NCBI RefSeq assembly: GCF_902713615.1
Contig: NW_024055751.1
Location: forward strand, 124,001-188,000
Direction: 5' to 3'
DNA from: Scyliorhinus canicula
Taxonomy: Eukaryota
DNA: 64,000 bases
The notes below the pieces were generated by a model that saw only the letters and a list, made by a program, of their open reading frames with translations, was not told where the DNA came from and searched no databases. The stretch's first letter is position 1, and each line of letters opens with the position of its first letter. The position numbers were made by a program, and so were the translations under genes. This document shows positions 43,757-58,300 of the stretch, one piece after another.

Positions 43757-46619
43757 GACATCACACTGCTGAGTACATGTAATATTATCTACAGGCATAT
43801 CACCACATCTAGTAACTTCTCAAAATTATCGTCATTTATTTTTCAACAAATTCTGATAGCTCTGCAGTTTCTGGAAACAATTTGGTTGACAGTGTTATTT
43901 TTAAAATAAAGATCTAGTCTTTACAAGATAATTACCTATGAAATCAATATAATTAATATAGAAAAAGTACTGAAGGTTTAGTGGCTACAGGAAGCCACAT
44001 GGTCGAGGCATAAAAGGGCGTCCTTGACCTTGTTACAAATGAGTGAATACACTATGAAAATAACAATTTTAAAACTAAATGTGATTACGCATGTGTACCT
44101 ACAGCTTCCGACATTACAACAGTGACTATGTTTCAAAAGTACTCTATCGGGCTGCATGGTAGCACAGTGGTTAGCACTGTGGGTTCACAACGCCAGGTTC
44201 CCAGGTTGGATTCCCAGCTGGGACACTGTCTGTGCGGAGTCTGCACGCTCCCCCCGTGTCTGCGGGGTTTCCTCCGGGTGCTCCAGTTTCCTTCAACTAG
44301 TCCCGAAAGACGTGCTTGTTAGGTGAGTTAGGCATTCTGAATTCTCCCTCCGTGTCCCTGAACATGCGCCGGAATGTGGCAACTAGGGACTTTTCACAGT
44401 AACTTCATTGCAATGTAAGCCAATAAAGATTAGTATCATTGGCTTTAAAACAGTTTAGGAGGTCCAGTGGTCGTGAGAGGTTTTCTAGAAATGTACAATT
44501 GTTCTAATTGTCCGCAAACTAGGATATATTACACTCGGTGTCCTCACCCGAATCATTGATAAAGATTTGAGTCTTAATTGTGTAATGACCATGTTGTTGA
44601 CACCATTTTGAAGATTCTGTGAACTTCGAGACACACCATATGCACAATTATTTGTTGTAAACCAAAGCGAGCTGTTGCAATTTGGAATGCACTGTCCATA
44701 AATGGTCCTGGCATCTCATTGGACTATAACTTCCAAAAGGGAATTTGATGAATTCTGAAAAAGAAACCAAAATAGTCGAACTCTGGGATTAAATGGGTCG
44801 CTGTACAAAGAGCTGGCATGGGAAAAATGGGCCAAATAGACTCCTCTGTGCTCTTGGAGCCTTGTGCACAGGTAATACGAGTGGTAACAACCTGGAACCT
44901 ACTGCCCATGGGGGTAGGAGATGCAGAGATGACAGAAGGATTTCATTTGGAAATTGGACGGTTACCGAGAGAAATAAACCAACAGGGATTAGGGGATAGA
45001 ATGGGGCAATGGACAGACAGGCTTGCTCCATAGAGAGATGACATGGTCTCAAAGGGCTGAATGGCCCCATTCCCCATCCTCCAGATGCTGTGATATCAGG
45101 AGAGAAATTCAGCTGCTCCAGTCACTCCAACTAACTGGAATCCCTCATCCCTGGTGCCATTCTAGCACAATGGTTAACAATGTTGCTTTGGGCAGCACGG
45201 TGGCCTAGTGGTTAGCACAACTGCCTCACGGCGCTGAGGTCCCAGGTTCAATCCCGGCTCTGGTTCACTGTCCGTGTGGAGTTTGCACATTCTCCCCATG
45301 TCTGCGTGGGTTTCGCCCCCACAACCCAAAAATGTGCAGAGTCGGTGGATTGGCCACACTAAAATTTTGCCCCTTAATTGGAAAAAATAATTGGGTAATC
45401 TAAATTTAAAAAAAAAAACACTGTTGCTTGACAGCGCCAGGGTCCCAGGTTCAATTCCCGGTTTGGGTGACTGTCTGTGCGGAGTCTGAGTCTCTTGTGT
45501 TTGGGGGGGGTTTCCTCCGGGTGCTCCAGTGTTCGCCCACAAGTCCCGAAGGATGTGCAAGTTAGGTGAATTGGACATTCTAAACTCTCCCTCTGTGTAC
45601 CAGAACAGGCGCCGGAGTGTGGTGACTAGGGGCTTTTCATAGTAACTTCATTGAAGCATTAATGTAAGCCGACTTGTGACATTTTTATTGTAAATGTCCT
45701 CTACACCCGCTGTAAGAACTTCCTGAAGTGTGGGACCAATATATAGGGTTCCATTCCAGAGGGAGAGAATTGAAAAGCACAGAGGAAATATTCAACTTGT
45801 TCAGAACCAGGGTTAGACTACACTGGGAGCACTGGCAACATTGGTCATCTCCATTTGGAAAAAGGAAATAGAGGCACTGGATAAGGTGCAACAAAGATTC
45901 ATAATATACAGAACTGAGAGCATTTAACACTCAGGAAAGGCTGGGGCTGCTTTTTTCTGGAAAAGAGAAGACTGATGGGTGACCTGATGGAAATCTTTAA
46001 GATTATGAAGGGATTCAATAATCCAATAGGAATTTCAATAGACACCTCTTTACCCAGCGAGTGGTGAGAATGTGGAACTCACTAACACAGCGAGTGGTTG
46101 AGGTGAACAGCATGAATACATTGAACGTAAAGCTAGATACATACATGAGGGAGAAAGAAAAGGAGATGCTGATGGGTGAGATGTAGAGGGGTGGGTGGAG
46201 GATCATGTGGAGCATAAATACTGACACAGACCATGGCTAACCTCAGCCGGTGTGGGAATTTAACCTGTGCTGTTGGTGTCACTCAGCACGAATTAGCCAT
46301 CCAGCCAACTGAGCTAACCGATCCCCATGTAAATCTGTAATAATTCCTTAAATATTAGTGACTGCCTGTCTCCCACCATACTATTTAATGTAGTTTCCCA
46401 GTGCCCTTCAGATAACTTGCCCCTCATACTCTAATGAATTTCTTCTGTGAGAAGCACCAAGACAAATTAAAGAACAATGTAACCACGACAGCCCATCTTC
46501 ATGGCAATGTGGCATGATTTCGGGGTTTCCAAACCGAAATGGTAATAAAACATCTGCTAACACAAACCCCCTTTCATTCCTTGATCCTATGAAATGTGAA
46601 GCCAGATATTTGCAAGAAG

Positions 46620-46904
46620 GCTCAGAGAGAATCAACCCACTGGAGACGAAGCCGTGTGACCGGCCAGTCCAGCAGAAAGAAACCCTCTAACCATCCCCAT
46701 TGACCAACAGAATAAACAAAATGCAGTCCTGGATGTAATTGAGAACAGAAACAATAACAGCAGAATCCAATCCCTGTAATCAGTTGTGAACTTGTTGGTG
46801 TCTCAGGAAGTGCGATGAATACAAAATCCCTCGCACATTGAGAGCAGGTGAACGGCCTCCCCCCAGTGTGAACTCCCTGGTGTGACTTCAGACGGCATAA
46901 CCGA
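46620..46904 (-). pseudogene. Detached 3' end of the C2H2 zinc-finger gene at 47878-48828
   Basis: FTRLCRLKSHQGVHTGGRPFTCSQC continues the finger broken at about 47860. Confidence 0.7.
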
Positions 46905-47860
46905 GTGAATTGTGTAAATAGAGGTGAACATCTTTGAGTTATGGGGGTGACACCCACGCAGACACTTGGAGAACTTGTCTCCAAACGGACAGTGACTTGG
47001 GGCCAGGATTGAACACTGGTGCTCAGCTCCGTCAGGCCATAGTGCTAACCACTGCGTCACCTAACGATTTCGATGAGGGAACAAAATGCAATATCTCCAA
47101 ATTTGCAGATGACACCAAGTTGCGTGGGAGGGTGAGCTGTGGGGAGGATGCAGAGATCCTTCAGTGTGATTTAGACAAGTTGAGTGAGTGGGCAAATGAA
47201 TGGCAGACACAGTATAATTTGGAGAAATGAGAGGTTATCCAGTTTGGTAGCAAAACGAGTAGGCAGGCTATATCTGAATTGTCATAAATCAGGAGAGGGG
47301 AATGTGCAACGAGACCTGGGTATCCTCGTACACCAGTCACTGAAGGTGAGCATGCAGCTACAGCAGGCGGCTAAAGAAGGCAAATTATATGCTAGCCTTC
47401 ATTGCTGAGCGGATTCGACGTACCGGAGCAGGAATATCTTGCTGTCATTACACAGGGCCTTGGCGAGGCTGTACCTGGAATATTGTGAGCAGTTTTGGTC
47501 TCCTTGTCTGAGGAAGGATGTTCTTGCTCTAGAGGGAGTGCAGCGAAGGTTTACCAGACTGATTCCTGGGATGGTGGGACTGACGTATGAGAGATTGAAT
47601 CAGTTAGGATTGTATTCGCTGGAGTTCAGAAGGGGTTTCTGCTGAAATTTCTGTTGTATTATTGAATCCTTTCTCATAGGGGGATCTCATAGAAACCTAT
47701 AATATTCTAACAGGACTTGACAGGGGAGCTGCAGGTAAGATTTTCCCGATAGTGAGAGTGTACAGAACCAGAGGTCGCAGTCTGAGTTAATGGGGTAGAC
47801 CATTTAGGACAGAGATGAGGAGTAATTTCTTCAACCAGAGAGTGCTGAGCCTCTGGAATT
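46905..47860 (+). mobile_element. CR1 fragment (47057-47860) plus SINE, inserted into the zinc-finger exon
   Basis: DFDEGTKCNISKFADDTKL, LEYCEQFWSP. Confidence 0.85.
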
Positions 47861-47877
47861 TGTAATCCCTTCTCACA

Positions 47878-48828
47878 CTAAGAGCGGGTGAATGGCTTCT
47901 CCCCAGTGTGAACTCGCTGGTGTGTCTGCAGACTGGATAACTGTGTGAATCCATTCCCACAGAGGGAGCAGGTGAATGGCTTCTCGCCAGTGTGAACTCG
48001 CTGATGTTTCCGTAGGACGGATGAATCAATAAATCCCATCCCACATTGAGAGCAGGTGAATGGCTTCTCCCCAATGTGAACTCGCTGGTGTGCGTGCAGG
48101 CTGAATAAATCACAGAATTTTTCCCCACACTGAGAGCAGGTGAATGACGTCTCCTCAACGTGAACTCGCTGATGGCTCCGCAGGCTGCATAATTTTGTGA
48201 ATCCATTCCCACAGACGGAGCAAGTGAATGGCCTCTCCCCAGTGTGAATTCGCTGATGGCTCCGCAGGTTGGATAAAGCACGGAATCTCTGTCCACACTG
48301 AGAGCAGGTGAATGGCCTCTCCCCAGTGTGAACTCGTTGGTGTGTCTGCAGACTGGATAACTGAGTGAATCCCTTCCCACAGAGGGAGCAGGTGAATGGT
48401 CTCTCCCCAGTGTGAACTCGCTGGTGTGTCTTCAGGATGGATAACCAAGGGAATCCTTTCCCACACTGAGAGCAGGTGAATGGTCTCTCCCCAGTGTGAA
48501 CTTGCTGGTGTGTCCGCAGGGTGGATGAATCAATGAATCCCTTCCCACACTGAGAGCAGGTGAATGGCCTCTCCCCAGTGTGAATTTGCTGGTGTTTCCG
48601 CAGGGCGGATGATTCAATGAATCCCTTCCCACACTGAGAGCAGGTGAACGGCCTCTCCCTAGCGTGAACTCGCTGATGTTTCCGCAGGGCGGATGATTCA
48701 ATAAATCCCTTCAAACACTTAGAGCAGGTGAATGGCCTCTCCCCAGTGTGACTGCGTCGATGAATCTCCAGCTTAGATGGGAATCTGAATCCCTTCCCAC
48801 AGTCCCCACATTTCCATGGTTTATCCAT
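47878..48828 (-). CDS. C2H2 zinc-finger protein, 11 fingers, no KRAB seen; ends at a premature-looking TAG
   Basis: 11 C-x2-C-x12-H-x3-H units with TGERPF-type linkers; upstream degenerate fingers out of frame. Confidence 0.85.
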   Translation of the reverse strand: MDKPWKCGDCGKGFRFPSKLEIHRRSHTGERPFTCSKCLKGFIESSALRKHQRVHARERPFTCSQCGKGFIESSALRKHQQIHTGERPFTCSQCGKGFIDSSTLRTHQQVHTGERPFTCSQCGKGFPWLSILKTHQRVHTGERPFTCSLCGKGFTQLSSLQTHQRVHTGERPFTCSQCGQRFRALSNLRSHQRIHTGERPFTCSVCGNGFTKLCSLRSHQRVHVEETSFTCSQCGEKFCDLFSLHAHQRVHIGEKPFTCSQCGMGFIDSSVLRKHQRVHTGEKPFTCSLCGNGFTQLSSLQTHQRVHTGEKPFTRS

Positions 48829-51334
48829 GTTTTGGGTCTCTTCGGGTGTCTCCAGATTCGATAATCAGTGGAAGCCTTGTCTACACACAGAACATGTGCA
48901 CTGTCTGTCCTCACTGTGAATGGTGTAATGTTTTTTCCGGTTGTGTATCTGGTTGAAGCTCTTTCCACAATCAGTTCACTGGAACACTCTCACTCGGGTG
49001 TGTGTTGTGTGGGTCTTGGTGCTTTTCCAGTCACACTCACGTTTAAAATCTTTTGAAGCCGACAGATCGGACAAACATTTCTCCTTCTCGCCGATGATAT
49101 TAAGATCAGAAGGAATCGAGTGAGTTTGTCACATCAAGATGTGACGTTTGAGATTTCTGTCTATAATTCCTCCTCTTCCAATATCCTTTAAAAACAATTT
49201 ACAAAAGCCATCAGTTAGTACAGGATAGAAATTCAGAACAGACAATTCTAGTTCCTATGGAACCTTATTTCCTCTCTTGTTCTCCAAAAGCTGTAAATCT
49301 CCATCCCACACAATCTCCCTCCATTCTCACTCTGCTGTATCTAATATTCACCCTCCCAATTCTCCTGAAGGTGCTGATTCAGGCTGATTGACAGATCCAA
49401 GCTCAGCTCACTGCTTCCTGACCAGGACACAGAGATTAGAATAGGAGAAAGAGTAGGCCATTCGGCCCACCGAGTCTGCTCAACCATTCAACCTTGGCCG
49501 ATCTACCTCAGCACCATTTTCCCCACACGATCCCCATATCCCTCGATATCTTCAATATCTAGAAACCTGTCAATATTTGTCTTGAACATACCTGATGACT
49601 GAGGCTCCACATTCTTCTGGGGTACAGAATTCCAAAGCTTCATCACATCCTCGAGTGAAACCTGTTCCCCATAACCTTTAACTCCATTGTCAATAAAATA
49701 TCTGTCAAACTTGTGCTTCAATATATTCAATGACCCCCTGATACAACTGGTCTCTGTGGAAGAGAAATCCAAAGACTAACAACTCTCCAAGGGAAGAGAT
49801 GACTGGAAATCTATAACTGAGCTACAGTCTTATATCAGAAGATGAGAAATAATAATAATAAATTTACTCTATTACAAACTGCAAATAATATATCTAATCT
49901 GTACCATGTAACAACACTAGACATATCTCTGTCCATTATTAATTTAATGTCCATGAAACGTCAGCCATCTTCTGGGGAACCCACCCCTTTAATTGTGAAC
50001 ATTAGGAAAGAGACCATCCTTTGTTAAAATAAATTTAGAATAACCACTTTTTTTTCCAATTAATGGGCAATTTAGCGTGGCCAATCCAGCTACCCTGCAC
50101 ATCCTAGGGTTGTGGGGGTGAGACATGCAGACACGGGGAGAATGTGCAAACTCACTGATAGTGACCCAGGGCTGGGATCGAACCCAGTCCTCGGCAGCGT
50201 GAGACAGCAGTGCTAACCGCTGCGCCACTGTGACCATCCTTTTAGTCAGACAAATAAATGCGTCAACCTGTTAAGAAGATGGGTGGGAAAAGTTGGAGAC
50301 ACTTTGTGGAGCCGCAAATCTGTATGAAATTTTACCCCCAACCCTAATTATAATAATATAATCATCTTTATTGTCAAAAGTAGGTTCACATTAACACTAC
50401 ATTCAAGTTACTGTGAAAAGACCCGAATCGCCACATTCGGCACCTGTTCGGGTACACTGACGCAGATTTCAGAATGTCCAATTCATCGAACATGCACGAC
50501 TTTCCAGACTTCTGGGAGGAAACCGGAGCAACTGAAGGAAACCTATGCAGACACAGGGAGAACATGCAAACGCCACACAGGTAGTGACTCAAGCTGGGAA
50601 TCGAACGAGGGAGCCTGGTGCTGTGAAGCAACGGTGGTAACCACTGTGCAATTGGTCCCAGTTTGGGCGCAAACATCAACGAGAACTCTGATCGCTGGGA
50701 AGGAAGGAAACTCTGGCAGGTGGACAGGGAGGATTCACAAACACCCGCTGGAGGCCCCAAACCCCCAATAAGACCCATTGGTTTTATTGTCAGTCTACAG
50801 GCAGGAACTGGAGAACTGAACCCAGGATGAGGAGAGGGAGGAAGAAAACTGGGAGTGGAGGAAAGAAATGGTGCAGATGGTGAGATGGAAGACTGTGCGG
50901 GCACGGCTGGGCCTCCAACCAATCAATGAATTGGGGCAACATGGAGACATGCAGACATGGGAAGAATGTGCAAACTCTCAGACAGTGACCCGGAGCCGGC
51001 CTCAGCGGCATAGGCAGCAGTGCTAACCACTGTGCCGGCATGCCGCCCCTACTGGTTGTGAGTTTGCGATATGGGTCTTTGTGTCACTGAACAGAGCCAC
51101 ACATGGGGTCAGACTTACATAGAGTTAGTGGGATCCAGGGATTAAGATTTGCTTCTGTTTATTTACTTTTCTGTTGCTACTCTGATCATAGGTATCTGGG
51201 TCTGTGAAAACCGGTGTCATGGGAGGCCAAGTACCCAGGACAAAGGGTAATGCAATTTGCTAGCCAAGTTGTCTCCATTCTGAGCAAAGTGGAATAAGCC
51301 TCTCCCAGTCATTGAAAATATTGCCCCCAACAAA

Positions 51335-51960
51335 CATGGCGGCTGCGCATGCGCTCTACTGCACATTGTCCCGAATAAAGATGGCGGGCGTTACCCCGAA
51401 TCGATCACTGAACCCTCGCGGCCCCGCTCCGTGAAACGGGGAACTAGGAAGAGGTTTTTCGGAGTGTGGACTTGCACAACATGTTTAAAAAACTTTTCCA
51501 CCCACCAGTCAGATCCATCGCTCCCGCGTTCCACAATATTCCTCTTACCCTTTGTGGATCCGAGATGAAAGCGTCTCCCGATCGCCATTACCTGCACTGC
51601 GCATGCTTCAGTCGAAGTCCCACCCACCCTCACTCACTCTGATTGGTTGGAGGATCATCCGCTCCTGCTCGTCCTCCAGCCGCGCCCCCTCTTCCTATTG
51701 GTCCGGAGCTGCCGTCAAACACTCTCAGGCATTGTGATGTGGGGCATGCGCAGTGCGGCTCATATCCCGGGACAGACACTCGTTTGTCTCATCTTCAGGC
51801 GGGAAGGAGGCGGATAAGCGGTGGCAGCGTTAGGGGCAGTGGGTGGGAGGGGAAGCTTCACAAACACCCAGTGGGGGCCTCAACACCCCCAATAACAAAC
51901 TAGCGGCACCGCCTCAACACCCAACACAACGGCAGCTGCCGCTTTCCCCCGGTGCCGGGC
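51335..51960. promoter_or_regulatory. CpG-rich, probably divergent promoter between zinc-finger genes
   Basis: GCGCATGCGC (NRF1), AAGATGGCGG (YY1), two ATTGG boxes, GC box; first-exon module tcacaaacaccc..cccccaataa shared with about 50735 and about 58175. Confidence 0.6.
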
Positions 51961-52170
51961 CCCAGTGGACAAATGTGGCTTCAGGAAGGAAATGCAGCAA
52001 TGGATTTGTTCAGGAGAAATTATCTTTAACTCACTTTACTGATCCTGGAGCAGGAGGAGAGAATGGGGGCAATTTCTATCCTGCACTCACAGAGATGGAT
52101 TTGTTAATGCAGGTGGTAGAATTTAAATTCAGTGAATAATCTGGAATTCAAAGCTGCACTCAGTATTAAT

Positions 52171-52335
52171 CTTACAACACCAGGTTAAAGTCCAACAGGT
52201 TTGTTTCAAACACGAGCTTTCGGAGCACTGCTCTGAAAGCTCGTGTTTGAAACAAACTTGTTGGACTTTAACCTGGTGTTGTAAGTCTCCTTACTGTGCT
52301 CACCCCAGTCCAACGCCGGCATCTCCACATCATGG
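52171..52335. mobile_element. Penelope-like fold-back insertion forming a 115-bp hairpin, 12-bp TSD
   Basis: Arms 52171-52226 and 52230-52285 (2 mismatches, 3-nt loop); CTCAGTAT(T/C)AAT at 52159-52170 and 52336-52347. Confidence 0.85.
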
Positions 52336-53039
52336 CTCAGTATCAATGACCTTGAAATCATTGTGAGTTTATTGGAAAGGGAAAGTATGTCGACTGGGAT
52401 TTGCAGCTTTAGGAAACAATATAAACAATTACTCCCCAGGAACGAGAATTATCTGTTCTGAATTTCTGACCTGTGTAAACTGGTTTTATAGGGTTACAAG
52501 GAATGGATTGACAGACAGGAAACTCAAATCAATCATCACATCAAGATCTGACTCACTCAATTGATCAGGATCTGAATGTCATCAATTTTTGAATGTGGAA
52601 GGAGAAATGTTTGTTCTGTCTGTGGGAAAAGATTTCAGTGTGACTGGAAAAGCACAAAGACTGGAGGATGAGAGGTGACTGAATAGAGGTTTATAAGGTG
52701 ATGAGGGAGGTAGATAGAGTGGACGTTCAGAGACTATTTCCTCGGGTGGATGTAGCTGTTACAAGGGGCATAACTATAAGGTTCAGGTTGGGACATACAG
52801 GAGAAATGTCTGAGGTAGGGTCTTTACTCAGAGAGTGGTTAGGGTGTGGAATGGATTGCCTGCTGTGATAGTGTAGTTGGACACTTTAGGAACTTTCAAA
52901 CGGTTATTGGATAGATACATGGAGTACAGCAGAATGACAGGGAGTGGGATAGCTTGATCTGGGTTTCGGACAATGCTCGGCACAACATCGAGGGCCGAAG
53001 GGCCTGTTCTATGCTGTACTGTTCTATGTTCTATGACAA

Positions 53040-54240
<1,201 letters not shown>

Positions 54241-55319
54241 CTGTTATTGCTGTTGTTAATCAAATCCAGGACTGAGCCGTGTTCATTCTGACAGTTGGAG
54301 TTTGTTTCAGTTGATGTTAATCATTCCGGTGACTCGGCCGGAGTTTAATATTCTGTATATAGATTAATTAAATTAGCTTTGTGTTAATGACAGTGTTCCG
54401 GTCCTTGATTTCTCTAAGATAGGAGGAGACTGATTGATGTCCTGTTACCGACTGTTCCATTGTTGGATCTTTTCTCATTTGTTTTGAAAGATGTGGTAAA
54501 GCAAAGAGTAAGACCAGAGAGAAAGATAAGAATATGGGAAATGATAAACAGACTGAAGCAGGAAGAGACAGAGTGAACACATTTAAAATTACATCAGATA
54601 AACGCGACAAAAATAATAAAATGACAAAACTAAAAGGCTCTGTATCAAAACACAAGCAGCATTTGAAACCAAACTGATGAATTGACAGCACCTTTAGAAA
54701 TAAGTCAGTATGATCTGATGGCCATTCAGAGACATAGATTGGGACCTGAATTGTTTTATATTCATTCATGGCATGTTGGTGTCGCTGGTCAGTCCAACAT
54801 TTATAATAATAATAATCTCTATTTTCGCAAGTAGGCTTCCATCAACACTGCCATGAAGTTACTGTGAAAAGCCCCTAGTCGCTACGTTCTGTCGCCCTTT
54901 TAAATGTGTTCTCGAGTCCACCGAGGGAGAATACAGAATGTCCAAATTACCCAACAGCATGTCTTTCAAGACTTGCTGGAGGAAACCGGAGCACCCGGAG
55001 AAAACCCACGCCAACACGTGGAGAACGTGCAGACTCACCACAGACAGTGACCCGAGCCGGGAATCGAACCTGAGACCCTGGAGCTGTTAAGCAACAGTGC
55101 GAATGACTGTGCTACCATGATGCCCAATAAATAATAAATAAATAAGTCCCAAAAGACATACTATTAGGTAAGTTGGACATTCTGAATTCTCCCTCAGTGC
55201 ACCAAACAGGCACCGGACCAGGGCCTTTTCACAGTAACTTAATTGCAGTTAAGCCTACTTGTGACAATAAATATTATTAATATTAATTTATTATTATTAT
55301 TATTATTAATTGTAACGGC

Positions 55320-57760
55320 ACAGTAGGACAGAGTGTTAAGGAAGAGATAATGGGAGTTTGTCAGAAAAGGTACAGCGATAATCAAGGGGGATTTTAGTCT
55401 ACTTATAGACTGGAAACATCAGATGGTTGAAGGTAGCGTCGGTGAGGAGTTCACAGAATGTTTTTGTGATAGTTTCTACAATCAGCACATTTTGGAGCCA
55501 ACCAGAGGGCAGGTTATACCAGGCTTGGTATTGTGCAACAAGGATTAATTGATAATCTCATGGTGAAGACATCCCCAGGTAACAGCGATCATAATATGAT
55601 TGAATTTGACGTGCAGTTTGAGGGGAAGAAGATTGAGCACAAAGGCAGATTTCAGGACAGAACATTGGGCAGATTATAAAGAATAGAATATAAACACAAA
55701 AAAATTAATAAGGAGGGAATAATTGGGCTAAACAGGTGGCTTGTAATTCAGAACAAGGCCAGCAGCGCGGGAGCAATTCCCGTACCAGCCTCCCCGAAAA
55801 GCGCCGGAATGTGGCGACTAGGGGCTTTTCACAGTAACTTCATTGAAGCCTACTCGTGACAATAAGCAATTATTATTATTAGAGTACCAGAGAAAGCTGG
55901 CTAGAAATATAAAGACAGAGTTTCGATAGACATTCGTATAAGTAAATAATTCAAGTGAGTGTTGATTCTCCAGAAAACCCGTCTGGGAAATGAACAATGA
56001 AAAGTAAGGTTTTGGCAAATTAATTGATCAGGTATGGAGGAATCAAATGACATCCCAGAAATATCCGTAAATCAGGAAGGAATGGAAAGAAAATTACAAC
56101 CACCAGGGAAGTGGTAATGATCAATGTCTTGAGTGTGCAGGCTGACAAAATCCTGGGTCCAGGCAGACTTCACCAAAAGGACTTGAAAGAAGCAGCTAAT
56201 GAGGGAGTTAATTGTCCAAAATTCACTAGATACGAGGAGGATTCCATTAAATTGGAAAATAGTGAAGTAACTCCTTTATTCACAAAGGGAGGGGGACAGA
56301 TAGCTGGAAACTACAGGCTAGTTCACCTAATATTAGTCATAGGGAACATGTTAGAAGCTATTATTAAAGATGTTATGTCAGATCTCTCAGAAAAATTCAA
56401 GGCAATCGGGCAGTGTCAACATGGTTTTGTGAAAGGAAAATCACGTTTAACCAATTTATCAGAGTTACACAATGGAGTCACATGACTGTGGATACAGGGG
56501 AATGGGTGAATGTACTGTCCTTAAATTTCCAGAAAGCATTTGATAAGTTATATCAAAGGTTGGTATAGAAAATAAAAACTCAGGATATAAGGGGTAACAT
56601 ACTGGCATGGACTGAAGATTGGCTAACCAACAGCAAACAGGACAGACATAAATGGGTGTTTTTCTGATTGGTGGGCGTGATGAGTGGTGTGTCACAGGGA
56701 TCAGTACGGGAGACTCAACTTATTACCATTTATATAAATGACTTGGATGAAGGTACTGATGCTTCTGTTGCTAAATTTGCTGATAACACAAAGAAAGGTG
56801 GGACACTAAATTGTGAGGAATGCAAGACAGCCACATAGGGACATAGATAGGCTAAGTGAGTGGGCAAAGGCCCGGCATATGGAGTATAATGTGGGAAAAT
56901 GTTGAAAATGCCGATTCTGTTAGGAAGAATAAAATAGGCATATTGTCCAAATTATGAGAGACTTTTAGAGTTCTGAGACACAGAGGGACTGAGGTGTTAT
57001 TGTGCATTAATCACAAAAGGCGAGCAGTAGTTCGGAAAGTGAATAAAATGTTATTTATTGTGAGGGGAATTGAATACAAACTGGGGAGGTTATGCTTCAG
57101 TTATACAGGGCATTGTTGAGACTGCACGTGGAGCACAGGGTACAGTGTTGGTCTTATTTTTTAAACAAATCCAATTGAGGGACAATTTAGCATGGCCAAT
57201 CCACATGCCTTTCACATCTTTGGGTTGTGGGGGCGAGACCCATGCAGACATGGGGAGAATGTGCAAACTCCGCATCAGACAGATCTCCTTATTTAAGAAA
57301 TTATGTAAGTGCGTTGGAGGCCATTCAGAGAAAGTTTACGAGATTTATATCTGGAATAGATGGGTTGTCTTATGAGGAAAGGCTGAATTGGCCAGGCTTG
57401 TATCATCTCCAGTTTAGAAGAGTGAGGGGTGACTTCATTGAATCATATAAGACTCTGAAGGGTCTTGGCAAAACTGGATGTGTGGAGGATCTTTCCTCTT
57501 GTCAGAGAGTCTGGAACTCACTGTTTAACAATAAGGGATCACCCGGTTCGGACAGAGATGAGGAGAATTATTTTCCTCTCTGAGGGTCATGAGGCTTTGG
57601 AAATTTTGGGTGGTGGATGCAGTCACTGAATATTTTTCAGCCAGAGGTAGATATTTTTTTATAGGTGGTGGGCGGCAATGTGGAATTAGATTCCAATCAG
57701 ATCAGCCATGATGGTATTGAATGGTGCAGCAGGCTCGAGGTGCTGAGTGGCCGCCTCCTG
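55320..57760 (+). mobile_element. Decayed CR1 LINE fragments with nested SINEs
   Basis: ILGPGRLH..LKEAA, GNYRLVHL, QHGFVKGKSRLTNL, gctaaatttgctgataacacaaag. Confidence 0.8.
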
Positions 57761-57779
57761 CTCCCAACTCCTGTGTCGC

Positions 57780-58300
57780 CCTGCCTCGTTCCCTTCTCCT
57801 CCTATTGGTCCGGTGCTTCCGTCAATCATTTCCCGGGCATTGTGAGGTGTCACGTGAGAGGTCAGTGTCGGGGGGCGTGGTTTATAAATCCTGACTGTGG
57901 CCCTGGAGCCGAACAATGAACATTCTCCACTCCAATTGTCCGCCGCTATTGGACATGCGCAGTGTGACTGAGATTGTTGCATCGCAGCATGGACTCCGAC
58001 AGCCGCATGCGCAGTATGGACTCCGATAGTAGCATGCGCGGTGTGGACTCCGACAGCCGCATGCGCAGTGTGGGTGCTACCACCACAGGGAGGAGATCAT
58101 TTGGATTCCGCGATTAGACAGAAACAGCCGATTGTGGCCGGGTAATGGAGGTGGCCGAGTGGGTGCTGAGGCTTCATAAACACCCAGTGCAGTACTCAAA
58201 ACCCCAATAAGAACTGATCGGTCCCGCATTCGCCCCAAACGACCAGCAGCTGCCGAAAGGCCCAAAACCATTTCCACCAAATTTAATCATTTGCCGCAGG
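57780..58300 (+). promoter_or_regulatory. Zinc-finger gene promoter/first exon with three tandem 27-bp NRF1-like units (57989-58069)
   Basis: (a/g)tggactccga(c/t)ag..gcatgcgc(a/g)gt x3; ATTGG boxes; module homologous to 51640-51900. Confidence 0.6.
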
